Source of the DNA: the human T2T-CHM13v2.0 reference genome, Homo sapiens
Reading direction: 5' to 3' (one strand)
Assembly: GCF_009914755.1 (NCBI RefSeq)
Contig: NC_060928.1
Length of the DNA: 64,000 nucleotides
The notes under the pieces were generated by a model that searched no databases, was not told the origin of the DNA, and worked only from the letters and a program-made list of their open reading frames with translations. A program made the translations under genes and the position numbers. Positions 26,585-40,126 of this stretch are shown one piece after another (position 1 is the stretch's first letter; the number at the start of each line of letters is the position of its first letter).

Positions 26585-28449
26585 GATGCGGATACATTTT
26601 GAAAAATACATCATTAGATGATTCTGTTGTTGTATGAATATATGTACATCTTAGAGTATACATATATAAGCCTGGATAATATAGCCTAACTAGGATATAT
26701 AGTATGCCTTATCACTCCTAAGCTGTAAACTAGCATAGCATGTTACTATACTGAGCACCCTTGGCAATTATAACACAATGATAAGTATTTCTATATCTAC
26801 ACATATCTAAACAAAGAAAAGCTACAATAAAAATATGATGTAAAAGATAAAAAGTGGTACACCTCTATAAGGTGCTTGCTATTAATGGAGCTTGTAGGAC
26901 TAGAAGTTGTTCTGAATGAGTCATTGAGTGAGTGATAAGTGCATGTGAAGCCCTAGGACATTATTGTACACTACTGCAGACTATAAACTGTACACTTAGA
27001 CTACACTGAAGGTATTAAAAATATTGTTAATCTTAGCTTACTGCAACTTTATACACTTTTTTTGCTTTTTTAACTTTGATTCTTTTATAACAACACTTTA
27101 AACACAAATTTTATTGCTATAAAAATATTGTCTTTATATCCTTATTCTATTTTTTCTATTTTAAAACTTATTGTTTTTGTTTTTGTTTTTTAATTTTTTT
27201 CATGAATTACTAAGATACACACTATCCTAGGCCTAAACAAGGTCAAGATCATCAATATCACTGTCTTCCACCTTCACACCTTCTCCCACTGGATGCAATA
27301 ACACATAAGGAGCTGTTATCTCCTATGATAACAATGGCTTATTTTGAAATATTTCCTGAAGGACATGCCAAAGGCTATCTTACAGTTAGCTTTATTTTTG
27401 GTAGTAGGAGTATACTGTAAAAGAATAATTAAAAGTATTGCATAGTAAATACATAGACCAATAACATAGTCATTTATTATCATTATGAAGTATTACAGAC
27501 TGTACATAATTGTACATGCTATACTTTTATATTTGAAGTGCAGTAGGTTTGTTTACACCAGCATCACCATAAATACATGAGTAATCATTATACTAGGACA
27601 TTATGATGACTATGATGTCTCTAGGGAATAAAAATTTTTCAGCTGCATTATAGTATAATCTTATGGGACCACTAGCATGTATGTGGTCTGTTATTGATCA
27701 AAATGTCATTACACAGTGTATGACACTTTGACAATATCAGCCTGCTGAAAGTAAAAAGATAGGAAAAGATACATCAGAAAAAAATAATCAAAATAAAGCA
27801 ATAGTGGCTATATAAATATCAAATAAAGTGGATTTCAGAGCCAGAAAAAGTGCCAGGCAGAGAGGAGCAATATATAATGGTGAAAGTGTCAATCTATAAG
27901 GAAATGTAGCACTATTACATCATGCGTATTTGCTGAATGTAGCACTGCAGAATATGTGAAACAAAGATTGATAGTACCTGTTGGAGAAATAGTCAAATTA
28001 GAATTGGAAACTTCAACAACCCATTCTCAACAAGTGAAAAAAAGAGCAATGAAGTAGATCTCTATACCATCAAAAAGCATGATATAATTGATATTTATAG
28101 AGCACTCCACCACAAAACATCAGAGTACACATACTTTTCAAGTGTCTGTAAAATATACACCACAGAGACAATACCTGGGTCATAAAACAAACTTCCACAA
28201 ATTTAATAGAAATCATACAGAATGTGTTCTCTGACTAAGTTGGAATCACACTGAAAATCAACAATATACCAAAATTTTTTTAAAAATCTGAAAACTTGGA
28301 AACTAAACAAAACACATAGGTTATAAAAAATCCATTAGTCAAAGAGGAAGTCTCATGGGAAATTTGAAAATACATGAAGCTGAATGAAAATGAACATACA
28401 ACATATCAAAATCTGTGTGACACAATTAATGCAGTGCTCACAGAGAAAT

Positions 28450-28556
28450 ATTTTTTTCAACTTTTATTATAGATTCAGGGAGTACATAAGCAGGATTGTT
28501 ACAAGGACATGTGTGATGCTGAGGTTTGGAGTAGGAATTAATTTATCTCTCAGGTA
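28450..28556 (-). mobile_element. Very short L1PA (PA15/16-like) 3' end
   Basis: TTTTCAACTTTTATTATAGATTCAGGGAGTACAT..GTGATGCTGAGGTTTGG, flanked by AGAGAAA repeats. Confidence 0.78.
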
Positions 28557-28767
28557 GAGAAACTAAGAATACTAAATACACATATTAGAAAAAATCCTCA
28601 AAACAATAATCTAAAGTACCTTCTTAAGAAACTAGAAAAAGAACAAAATAGGTCCAAAACAAGGAAAAGAAAGAATATAATAAAGATAATAGCAGAAAAT
28701 ATAATTGAAAATAAAAAATTAGAGAAAAATTATTGAAACAAATAGCTGGTCCATTGAAAAGATTTCC

Positions 28768-28769
<2 letters not shown>

Positions 28770-28811
<42 letters not shown>
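28770..28811. repeat. (CA)n microsatellite, about 21 units
   Basis: Pure AC run. Confidence 0.98.
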
Positions 28812-28813
<2 letters not shown>

Positions 28814-29667
28814 CAAAGCTCTAACAAGACTTACAAAGAAAAAAGGAAAGAAGTTTCAAATTACCAATATGATAAATAAAATAAAATATTATTACAGATC
28901 CAGCAGGCATCAAAAAGATAATTCAATTTTATAAGCAACTCTGCCTAATTTTCACAAAATACATAAAATAGACCATTTCTTGTAAAAACACAAACTACCA
29001 CAACTCACCTAATATGAAAAAAGATAATTTTGGATAGCACTATACCTATTAAGGTAATTTAATTTGTAATTAAAGAAAAAGATGAAAGATAAATCTTTAG
29101 GCTGAGATGTTTTACTGGAGAATTCTATAAACATTGAAGATGAATTCAACACAAATTCTTCACAAACTCTCCTCTGACAAAATAAAAGAGGACAGAATAC
29201 TTCCCTACTTACTCTCTGAAGTCAGAATTACACTGATATCAAAATAAGAACTTACACAAGAAAAAAAGGTACAAGCCAATATGCTTCATGAATATAGACA
29301 CAAACATCCTTAATAGCATGTTAGAAACAGAACTCAGCAATATCAAAAAATAAGACAAACTATGACCAAATGGGGTTTCCTCCAGGGATGCAAGGATGCT
29401 TCAATATTGAACAAAACAATCAATGTGATCCACCATATTACCAAGCTACAGAAGAAAAATCACATGATCCTGTCAGTCAAGATACACACACATAAAAAGA
29501 CATTTGAAAAAGTCAACATTTGTTCTTTATAAAACTCTCAGAAAACACAAGGATAAAGGCAACTTGGTCAACACAACAGCCAACATTGTACTTAATGGTG
29601 CATGAATGGATGCCTTCCCCTTAAAATCAAGCACAAGTCCAGGATATCCATACTCAACCACCTTTAC

Positions 29668-30055
29668 TGTATTAGTTTGCTTCCACACTGCTATAAAGAT
29701 GCCGTCTGCGACTGGGTAATTTATAAAGAAAAGAAAGTTAATTAACCCAAAGTTCCACATGGCTGTGGAGGCATCAGGAAACTTACAATCATGGTGGAAG
29801 GTGAAGGAGAGGCAAGTACCTCTGCACAAGGCAGCAGGAAAGACAGGAACAAAGGGTGAACCTCCAAATACTTATTAAACCATCAGATCTCATGAGAACT
29901 CATTCACTATTATGAGAACAGCACAAGGGAAACCGCCCCTATAATCAAATTACTTACCTCCCTCAATACATGGGGATTACAGGACCCTCCCTGGACAGAT
30001 GGGAATTACAATTTGAGATGAGATTTGGGTGGGGACACAGACCCAAACCATATCA
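29668..30055 (-). mobile_element. MSTA-like MaLR solo LTR
   Basis: TGTATTAGT...CAAACCATATCA termini with perfect TSD TTTAC. Confidence 0.93.
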
Positions 30056-30107
30056 TTTACTCAGAGTAGTGCTGGAAATTCTAGCCAGTGCAATAAGTGA
30101 CTTTATG

Positions 30108-30332
30108 CAATTGACCCTTGAACAACACAGGAGTTAGAGGCAACAACCCTCCTTGCAGTAGAAAATCAGCATAATCTGTGACTCCTCAAAACTTTACTAA
30201 TAGGCTATTGTTGAATCTTTGCCAACTACTTTACCAGTCGATTAATACATATTTCATATGTAATATATATTATATATTATTACCTTGAAATAAGCTAAAG
30301 AGAGAAAAAAAAAGTGTCATAAAGAAAATCAT
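30108..30332. mobile_element. Tigger2a/MER28-like fragment
   Basis: CAATTGACCCTTGAACAACACAGG..CAGTCGATTAATACATATTT..AAGAAAATCAT. Right end missing. Confidence 0.82.
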
Positions 30333-30952
30333 GTTGTTGGGGTACCTGGCTAAGCATACGTAGAAGACTGAAGCTAGACCTGTTTATTAAACCATATACA
30401 AAAATCTACTCAAGATGGATTAAAAACTTAATTATAAAACAAAAAAACTATAAAAACCCTGGAAGGCAACCTAGGAGATACCATCCTGGACATAGGAACG
30501 AGTAAAGATTTCATGACAAAGACATCAAAAACAATATAATTAGATGCCATTTGTCCATTTTGTCAACGAAAGCAAAAATGGACAAGTGGGATCTAAATAA
30601 ACATAAGAGTTTATGCACAGTAAAGGAAACTATCGAGGGTAAACAGACAACCTACAGAATGGGAGAAAATACTTGCAAGCTATGCATCTGACAACGGTCT
30701 AATATCCAGCATCTATAAGAAACAAACAAATTGACCAGAGAAAAACAATTCCATTAAAAAGTAGGCAGAGACTTGAACACACATTTTTCAAAAGAAGATA
30801 TACACGCGGTCAATAATCATATGGAAAAAAGCTCAACATCACAGATCATTAGAGAAATGCAAATCAAAACCTCAATGAGATACCATCTCACACCATTCAG
30901 AATGGCTATTTTTAAAAAGTCAAAAAATATCAGATGCTGGAGAGGTTGTAGA
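30333..30952 (+). mobile_element. L1PA/PB ORF2 fragment, truncated at both ends
   Basis: CAAGATGGATTAAA, AAACAGACAACCTACAGAATGGGAGAAAATA, peptide [23 protein letters not shown]. Confidence 0.9.
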
Positions 30953-31669
30953 AGCATAGATGTCTTTGAAAACAACTAGGCACAAAATCTTTAGAATTAA
31001 CACTAGTGGTAAAATCCATGCAAGGAAAATAAAAGTATAAATTAGGCATCAAATCTTCTGCTCTTTGAAAGCTCTTGTTAAGAGGATAAAAACAAGCTAT
31101 ATACTGGCAGAAAATATTTGAAAAACACATATTCAACAAAAGGCTATTATCTTGAATATATATAAAAAACTGTAATATATAAAAAAAACTCTCAAAACTC
31201 ACAAAAAAAAAATATCCAATTAGGAAATGGTCAAAAGACAAAACAAACATATAACCAAAGAGGATACACAAGTATGATACAAATACTTGGAAGATTGTTC
31301 GACATCATTAGGCTTTAGGGAAATGCAAATTAAAACCACAGTGTGATACCTATCTAAATGGCTAAAATAAAAATGATGGTGAAGAAACCAGATAAATCAA
31401 ATATTTCTGGTGAGAATGTAAAATGGTACAGCTACTATGGATACAGTTTGCTAGTGTCAAAAAAAAAAAAAAAACTATTCAACTGCATTTATCCCAGAGA
31501 AATGAAAACTTTCGACTAGACACACCTTGTACATGATTATTCATAGCAGCTTTACTTGTAATAGTCAAAAATTGAAGGCAATTAGATGTCCTCCCATGAG
31601 TGATTAAACAAACTAAAGTACATTAATCCCATGGAATATTATTAATAATAGTAATAAAAAGAAGTAGGC

Positions 31670-32034
31670 TATGTCAGTCTATTTAGTCTGTTATAACAAA
31701 AGACCATCAACTTTGTGGCTGTTAAAACAAGAGAAGCCTAGTTCTCACAGTTCTGAAGGCTGAGAAGTCCAAGATGAAGGCACAAGATTTGGTGTCTGGT
31801 GGAAGCTTGTTTTGTAGGTTATAGACGGTGCCCTCCAGCTGTGTCCTCACTTAGTGGAAAGGGCAAAATGTCTCTCTTGCACCTCTTTTATAAGGGCACA
31901 AATTCTATACATGAGGACACTGCCCTTAGATCTATTCACCTCCCAAAGTAACTGCTTGCTAATATGAGCATCATATTGGGGGCTGGAATTTCAACATACG
32001 AATTTTGAGGGACAAAAACCTTTAGATGATAGCA
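31670..32034 (-). mobile_element. MLT1A-family MaLR solo LTR
   Basis: TCTCACAGTTCTGAAGGCTGAGAAGTCCAAGATGAAGGCAC..TTTCAACATACGAATTTTGAGGGAC..ATAGCA. Confidence 0.88.
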
Positions 32035-35000
32035 TAAACTACTCATACATGCAACAACCTGGTTGAATCTCCAGCAGGATATACTGTGTTCAAAAATGGC
32101 AATTCCAAATGTTATCTAGTGTATGATTTGCATAACATGCATGCAATAACACCATCGTAGAAATGGAGAAGAGATTAGCAGTTTCTAGCGGTTGGTGGAG
32201 GGGTTGGTATGCCTATATAAGAACAGTGTGAAAAATCCTTTTGATTATGGAAATGTGCTGTATCTTGATTGTATCAACATCAACACCCTGATTATAATAT
32301 TGTAGCATAGTTTTACAAGATGTTATCATTGAAATATATGCAATTATGTCAAGTAAAATATTTAATTATAAATAACATGTGTTATAATTATATCTTAAAT
32401 GTAATATTTTAGTAATTAAAAGTTTTAAGGTTGTAATATACTAACCACTGAAAATTTTAAGATTGTGTGACTGATATCCAACAATTAAGTTTTAGTCTCC
32501 AAGATTTTTCATATTACAAGCTTTCAGAAAAAAAAGTTCTTAAAACATGATGACATGATAATTAATCTAAACTGGAAGATAAAGTGTGGTTAATATTGAC
32601 ACAAAGATGTCTACCAAAAAAAAAAAAAAAAACTCAAACAAATAGAGCAGGTTTCTTCAGTATACTGTTTTTATAGTATATGAGCCTGATTCTTGGACCA
32701 AGTCATTACAAGGTTTTGCTTTTTTGAATAGGATTGTATTACTGCTTTAACACTTTAAAAAGGATTCTAATTTAACCATTTTAGTGATGGATTCAAAGTA
32801 CAGGAACGTAATTTCTCAGTAGTCTAAGGATTAGCTTGGGACTCCTGCTTCAAAACTCCAGTGTGTCACTGACTAATCATTACCTATTAATAAATGTCTT
32901 ACTACATATAGATCATAATGTTAATGGAAATTGAAGCAAAATATGGAATTTACTTTCTGGTTTTTTGCAGTAATAATAATAATAGTTTTAACTGTAGCTA
33001 GCATTTCTGGGCAAAACTAGATGCTATTCTAAGCATTTTACCCAACATCAAAAGAAGGTTATCATTTTACATATTTATTATATAATACTTTATGTATACT
33101 TGGTCGAACATAAAACTTAGGAATATATCTTAGCTGATGTTAGAAGAGGCAAGAATTCATGATCATCTACTAAATTTTACTCAATACATGTTTATTATTA
33201 GCATATAATACACTGATTAGAAACAAGGTAACTACTGTACCAATCAAGTAAGTACTTGGCCAAGTTTAGAAATCCTACCACTCATTTGCCTCTACTGGCA
33301 GTATATTTTTATAATTCATTTTGGCTTCAATTCATCATGTTTAAAATATACATATTTCTTTACATTGAAAAAACAAAATTGCATGTTTTCCTGTCACGAA
33401 ATAGTTTTAGTAAAGAAGTAGACTGTAGCAACTTGAAAATGATAAATGTTACAACAACATAGTTCTGAGAATAACAATACATTTTGTTATACATACTTTA
33501 TCTTGAACCAGTGTTTTTTTTTACTGCATTTTCATAGACTTACCACAAAATAATTGTAATTGGAAGAAAATTGTGGTAACATTGTACTTCTCGTTTTTTT
33601 CTTTTTTAGATGGGGACTTAACTGTAACAATTTGTTTTGAAAGAAATGTTTAATGTGCAAGAAATATGAAAAGGTTATCAAAATTCTTGCTCAATAAAAT
33701 TAAATTATAGTTAAGTAATTTACTACCTGTCCTGGATTCCTAATTCCGGACAATCTAAAATTATTAATGAAATACATATGCAAAAGACAGAATATATGTA
33801 TATTAAACACAATTTGAGTATACAATAATCCTATGTATATAAATTCTTATCTTTACCAAACATGTCAATTTATTGAGATAACTTCATTTAGCTAGAGTAA
33901 TATATATACACACACATACTAAAATACACACGTGTGTATATTGTGTGTATGTTATATACATATATATGGAGACATATATATGGAGACATATATGTTTGTC
34001 ACCTACTCTGATTATTTATACATATATATAAACTTCCTATATTTGAAAATAAGAAGTTCAAAATGATTCACATTTTCAGTAGGTATGTGCAGCTAATATC
34101 TAGTACTATGATTAACTAATCCATTCATAAAGAAATAACGTGAGATAAAAATTAACTACCTAGTGCAAAATTGTTTAATCCAATTATAAAGAACAAAGAA
34201 GCAATTTTCCAAATAAAATATAATTAATCAGAGTAGGTGACATAACACATATGGGTATTATATTTGACAAACCTTTTTGCCCTTCCCTCTCTCTGTTACA
34301 GGAAGCACAAAGAATGAAAACGTACTAAGCTTTAGAATATGACACACTGAAAATAGGACAAGAATTCACAAAATAGAAATGACTGACCAAAGATATTTTT
34401 TTCATTTCATGTCCCTTTTTTATTATCACCTTTATTTCTATTTATTTTAAAGTATACCTGCTTGTTTTTTGTCCTTGTTACTTGGCTAACTGAATCATCA
34501 AGGAGGATTAATGTGACTTTCAAGGACCTTGGACTTTTTCGTTTTTCTTAGCACCCTGCCTACCTACCCAGGCTGAAGATCCTTTGAAGTCAATGGGAAG
34601 TCCACATCAGATGTGAGGAGTAGGGTACAGGGCAAACAAGAATAGTTTCCTAACAAAGCCATTATAGCTTCCTAACAAAGCCCTTATCCTTTCCACAAAT
34701 ATCCAGTCTGGAGTGTCACAACTCTTTTTTAAAAATCTGAGTAGCTTACCTATTCAATCATTTTAGTCCCTGTGCCTTAGATCCGAGTAAGGCTGTTTGT
34801 TTGACAGCTTGGGACAAATCTCTCTTTGGGTCACATATTGAACCATGAACTTTTTGTCTCAGGACTTCTCTCATATTGTGAAACTGTCTCTCTGCGTCAT
34901 GCTTCATGTAATACTGTAAAGGACCTGAAAAGTTATGACAGAGTGAAATGGAAAAGGTAGCTGCTGACAAGCACAAAAATGATGAGACAGATACATTTTG

Positions 35001-35139
35001 AGATGGCTGCTGAACCCTGACAGCTGACTGAAAGCTAATCAGCCAAAGCACCTCTCCCAATGCCAAAGAGAAGTCTGGCAGAGGAGAGGAGCATGCTCTC
35101 ATAATTATGGGAAATTGAGTAGCATGTTCTAATGGAACG

Positions 35140-35275
35140 AGGACAGCCTTATGTTCTGGATCGGCCTCTGCTGCTAACCCCTGCATACCTCTGGGCAAGA
35201 CAATTTAAATATTTGGGCCTATTTCTTAATAAAAGAAGGCTAGAGAAGAAAATATGTAAGTTTCCTTCCAGCATT
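35140..35275 (+). mobile_element. MIR-family SINE fragment
   Basis: CTCTGCTGCTAAC..CTCTGGGCAAGACAATTTAA..GGGCCTATTTCTT..TTCCTTCCAGC. Confidence 0.55.
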
Positions 35276-37555
35276 CTTTGATAAGAAATCTCATCAATTT
35301 CTCATTCAAATGTTTTTATCATTGTCACTGGTATGGAGACTAGTTGGGATTTAAAGAATAAGAAGCAAAAATAATCGACAAAGGACCATTAAGAATAAAG
35401 AGGAAAACAGGAAACAAGACAAAAATAAATCAAGTATCACTTCTTGAGAAATGTCATTGACATGGAAATGAAAACTGAAAAGCGGAATGGCTACAGCTAG
35501 CATAATGTTGCACAAGAAGGTACTGATTTTGGATGGAAATGTCTTCTTATACCTCACATATCATCCTGTCATCTGTAGCTACTTTTATTTTGAACTCAGT
35601 AAAAATATTAAAGAAAAAAATCTTGCTGCCAACCTTGTCATGATGTTTTGATATTATTCTTTTCTTAGTAAAGCAGACACAGGATTCTTGAATAATTTTC
35701 TTCTTATCAGCCTTTTAAACTATTTATATTTTTAATGACTTATGATAAGAAACTCATAATTGCTAAGTTTCTGCCTATCTAGTGTACCTCTGGATAGCTT
35801 AGAAAGTAAGCATAATATATTAAAATCAGAAAGCTGCAAATCTTAGAAACTCCACTGCAAATTTTTTGCTAGTATATGTATAAACAGAAACCTTGGCAGC
35901 CACATGATTTTCATAGCAACCAGCCAAGAATTAAGTAGTGGAAAGGAAACCCGCTTCCCACAGAAGCTAAACAGTAAGAGTAAATGAAGTTTATTTTGAT
36001 TATGAAGAAACCATTTTATTCACTGCAAGACACAGCCCAGGGATGTTTTATTGCATGAACAACATTAATTCAAGGAAAACCCACAAATATGAGCCAATTC
36101 TCTAGAAAATAAAAATATATGCAAAACTATTTGTGAAAAAATTGACAAGAGAGAAGAAAAATCCATCAACTCTGACACAAAGTAGAATTTTTCATAACCA
36201 AATTAACTCAGTGTTTTTAAGAAATATCAGTTATTTGATAATGAGTATGACATGAAGAATAGTTCTCAGCAAATAAGATATTACTTTCTGGCTGGTAATT
36301 TTTTTTTCTCCAGTAAAATAATTGGTTTCTGAGTCAATGTCTTTCCAAACAGTAATTAATGAGAACTACTGACATTGGTGTCAAAAAGGAACCATATTTG
36401 CAGTTCAACTATGAAAAAAGATTTGTTCACTACCTCTGCTTATGGGATCAATTGTTAGCTACATAAAAGAAAAAAGTAATGTAAAGAAAAGAAAGCATGT
36501 CTTTCTTAGTATAATGCCATAATTACATTGGCTTATCTAAATAAGAGGTGAAGTCGGATATGAGCACATTTAATTATTACAGTGTCAATGGTATGAGTTA
36601 TATAATGATAAAAAGATAAATTCAACATCAGAATAGTTTGCTGTTTCTAAGTAATTGTTAGGGAAATTAGAATTACCTTCAAAATTTATTTCTAAACCTT
36701 TGCCACTTTCTTGCTATACTCTTATGTACTGAGAAACATTGTTGAGGATCCTGAAAAATTTATTCTTCTTTTTCAAGTGAGTCATCTGTTTCAATAAGTT
36801 ACCAATATATAGCATATTAATAGAGTCCAAAGATATATTTGAAGTTTCAGAAAGATATTTAAACCTTCATTTTGTCTATTATTTTTGAAAATATAAATGC
36901 TTAAGAAATAAAAATGCAAAATATCCTTGCAACTTATTGATTTATTAAATGTCTGTGTTCTATGAGTTAAAGATAAGTAGGAAGAGCTGGAATGAATAAC
37001 AAATGGCTGTTTCTAACTTGTTGAGTGCTTTGCTCACAAGTCCATCAGCACACCTCAATGATAATTGTTTTTTACAAGTCAGTCAGAAAAATCACAGAAA
37101 GCTGTAAATAAGCTGTTGTTATCTTAAGGCTGCAGTATAATGCAGAATAATCATTCCACTTACTTTTCATTCACTATTTATGTAGTGCCAGTTTCCTAGG
37201 TATTTTTAAGTGTATCACCAAATTTTATCCCCATGTTGTAAATGAGGAAACTAATACACAAATATATTTACTGAAAAGAAAGACACTAATTATTATACTG
37301 AATTATAGATTGGCATGCTCTGCCAAACATACAACAGCTAATACTTTATTTTGAGGGTTAAAATAATTATCTGAGTATATTTCCATAAGAAAGCTAATTG
37401 TATGGTTGAAGAAAATTTGATGGAATCAAGAAATTTATCATTAAAGTTGGTTTGAGCAAGAGTCTTTGAGCTGAAAATGAAAAGCAAAAGAAGTTTCTTA
37501 TAGGGAAAAAATGATAAACAAGCTTCTTTTCTTACAAAGTAAAAAGAAGAAATTA

Positions 37556-37686
37556 GGGAAGGAAGGAAGGAAGGAAAGAAGGAAGGCAGGCAGGCAAGAA
37601 GGGAGGGAGGGAGGGAAGGACCGAGCGAGGGAGGGATGGAGGGAGGAAGGGAGGAAGGAGGGTGGGACAGAAAGAGGAAGAAAGGA
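37556..37686. repeat. Polypurine (GGAA/GGGA)n low-complexity tract
   Basis: GGAAGGAAGG..GGGAGGGAGGGAGGGAAGG.. about 130 bp, almost all purines. Confidence 0.95.
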
Positions 37687-37998
37687 ATCATTATTTTGTT
37701 GTAATTCTTTTAATAGGTTTAATTTAAATAGCAATCATGAATTTCCCGCTGGTAAATTTGTGTAACACTGACCTCTGGGACACATTTTGCAAATGAGAAA
37801 AAAATCATAAGAAGGTAAGATATTAGGAAAGACCAATATTAAATATTATTTCTCTATCATGAGAGGATAATTAAATATAGATAGGATGAATAAATAAATA
37901 TAAAATGTGTAATAACTATAAGGGAGGTCCAAAGAAGTTAGGTGTCCTAATATTAGAAAATGTTTCCATGTAATATGCACCCTGTCACAGAGCATCTT

Positions 37999-38477
37999 TG
38001 TTAAGAAAGAAACTAAAGATCTTCAAGGAAGATTACAATTGCACCTTCAACAAATGTAAGTGCAGAGCCATCATGTACGGAATATCCAGCATTGAGGGAT
38101 ACCTTTCCTAAGGCATTCATGGGCTGTCAGCTGTCAGCTTGATTTGCAAACATAAGCAAAAGTAACTTGGGCTATTTTTTATAAATGGCTATATTAAAGA
38201 AAACAAAACCTAAACGTAACCAATCAGAAGCTTCCAACTACTTTATACAACTAGGGAAGTCCCAGTAGAATAAATCAAATAAAGCACCTACATAATTGTA
38301 ACCAATCGAGTTTGACTGGCTTCCATGTTGACTCTGTCAAACCCTTATCTTTGTATTCCCTCAGCAGAGCCTAAAACCACCTTTGGTTTGGTGCTTCCTG
38401 ACTCATGAATTACTGCTAGTTTAAATAAACAATTGTTAAAAAAACAATTTCATTGTTCCTCAATTTACTTTTTAACA
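37999..38477 (+). mobile_element. ERV1-class solo LTR (MER110-like)
   Basis: TGTTAA...TTAACA termini, two AACCAATC boxes, GCAAACATAAGC, CATGAAT..AAATAAAC near the 3' end. Confidence 0.72.
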
Positions 38478-39448
38478 ATAGATATGCACAATTTTGAATT
38501 ATCTATTCTTTTCTGTAGTTGAGGATATACCAATACACTCAGCCATGGAAATGTGGAGCCTCTGAGTTCGAAGTGACACTCTAAACCTGAGGCATTATTG
38601 AATTCTTGTTCTGTAAGCTCAACTAGCCTTCAACTCATCTTCAAAATAGAGCTCCTCTTATTGCTGATCCAAAATTTTTATTCTCTTCACATTTAGGATT
38701 CTAGATTCCCATCAGACCTTTAATTTAGCAAGAAACAAGTGAAAAGTTTATATAATAGTGGGAAAAACAAATCCATTTCAGTTTCAAGAAACTGAAGAGA
38801 ATAGAAATTGTTTTGTTTTGTTTGAAGAAAATAAAAATATTGCCACTACTGATCCCATGCAGTTGTAAATAAATATTTATTAAATTTCTACTTTATATTA
38901 TGCATTTCAGGGAACCAAGTACTTGCTAACTTATGAAATAATAAATTCTAATGCAATAAATACTACATATGAGTTGACTTCGTATACTGAAGGAAAATCT
39001 CTATGTGTTGAAAACAATATCAAATACTTGTCTGAATAACATGCAATTATGTGTTTGGCTATTATTACAAGCCAAGATGGAGATGAGTAAATAACTTTAC
39101 AATATATACCTTTCATTTATCTCTAATTGCTATGCTTTGTTCAAAACAAATCCTTGGGCATTTAGCAGTGTGCTCCTCTCGGAGGCTAAACAGGATGTTA
39201 TAATTTACACTCTAACATGATACTCCAAGGGCATTCACTTGATGATTGCATAAGTGCCTTATAGCATGATGGGAAAGCTACTGAGGAGTTAAAGTGGGCT
39301 ACTGCATACTAAAATGTGGAAATAAACTAAGCAAGAAATGAAAAAAGTGAAAAGAGAAATAAGAGAAAGAGGAAAATGTAGCATTCATTTGTTGACTAGT
39401 CACCAAGGGATAGTGCTATGCTAAGTAGATTCCTTTCTCTCTCCCAGT

Positions 39449-39459
39449 TCTCTCTCTCG

Positions 39460-39496
<37 letters not shown>

Positions 39497-39497
39497 A
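39449..39497. repeat. Compound (CT)n(CA)n microsatellite
   Basis: Seen directly. Confidence 0.95.
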
Positions 39498-40045
39498 TAA
39501 ACACACTCAAAAGTATTTGTTGAGCTCTGCTAGAAGATCTGTAAACACAATAATGATTAAGACACAAGGTACAGAGAGCTTAATTGATACAGCTTCTAGC
39601 CCACTGTGTTGTCATCCCACCAGAATCACAGTTCACTCAACTTCTAACAAGTAATAATCCATTGTCATGGATAAACTTGGTATCTTTTTTTGAAACTTTT
39701 CTTAACCCTACCAAATAAGCCTTCCCAATTTAGTGTGGCCTAATTTATTATTTTCAATAATTTAAAATAATCACTGTGGTTATTAGTAATAATTACTATA
39801 GCAATACTTTATTAAGGAAAGATCTTATAAGAAGTACAATAGTTTGGGGCATGTTGAGTTTGAGAATGTCTAGGAAAATGTGTCTGTAGGCAGTTGTAGC
39901 TTGATCTACAACTATGCGCCTTGAGCTTGGAAATTTTGTTAACTTTAATGATAAATCTTCAAAACAAATGTCTTTTTACCTTTGTTAAAGATAAGACATT
40001 TGAAACCTATAGAGATGTTTTTAATTTAATTTAATTTTATTTTAT

Positions 40046-40126
40046 TTTTTGAAAAGTTTTTATTATTATTATTATTATTATACTTTACGTTTTAGGGTAC
40101 ATGTGCACCATGTGCAGGTTAGTTAC
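40046..40126 (-). mobile_element. Extremely 5'-truncated young L1PA (PA2/PA3-like)
   Basis: TTATTATACTTTACGTTTTAGGGTACATGTGCACCATGTGCAGGTTAGTTAC. 15-bp TSD TTAATTTTATTTTAT (40031-40045 / 40127-40141). Confidence 0.9.

Noticed and set aside
29957-30012. Short internal duplication in the MSTA LTR
   Set aside because: I recall this as a recurring variant among MSTA/THE1D copies, so it was probably inherited from the source element.
34758-35198. 146-aa minus-strand ORF
   Set aside because: Non-ATG start inside a MIR, no recognisable domain and no supporting exon structure; consistent with chance.
37338-37765. Overlapping PS-rich and GRKE-rich ORFs
   Set aside because: Translations of the GGAA/GGGA low-complexity tract.
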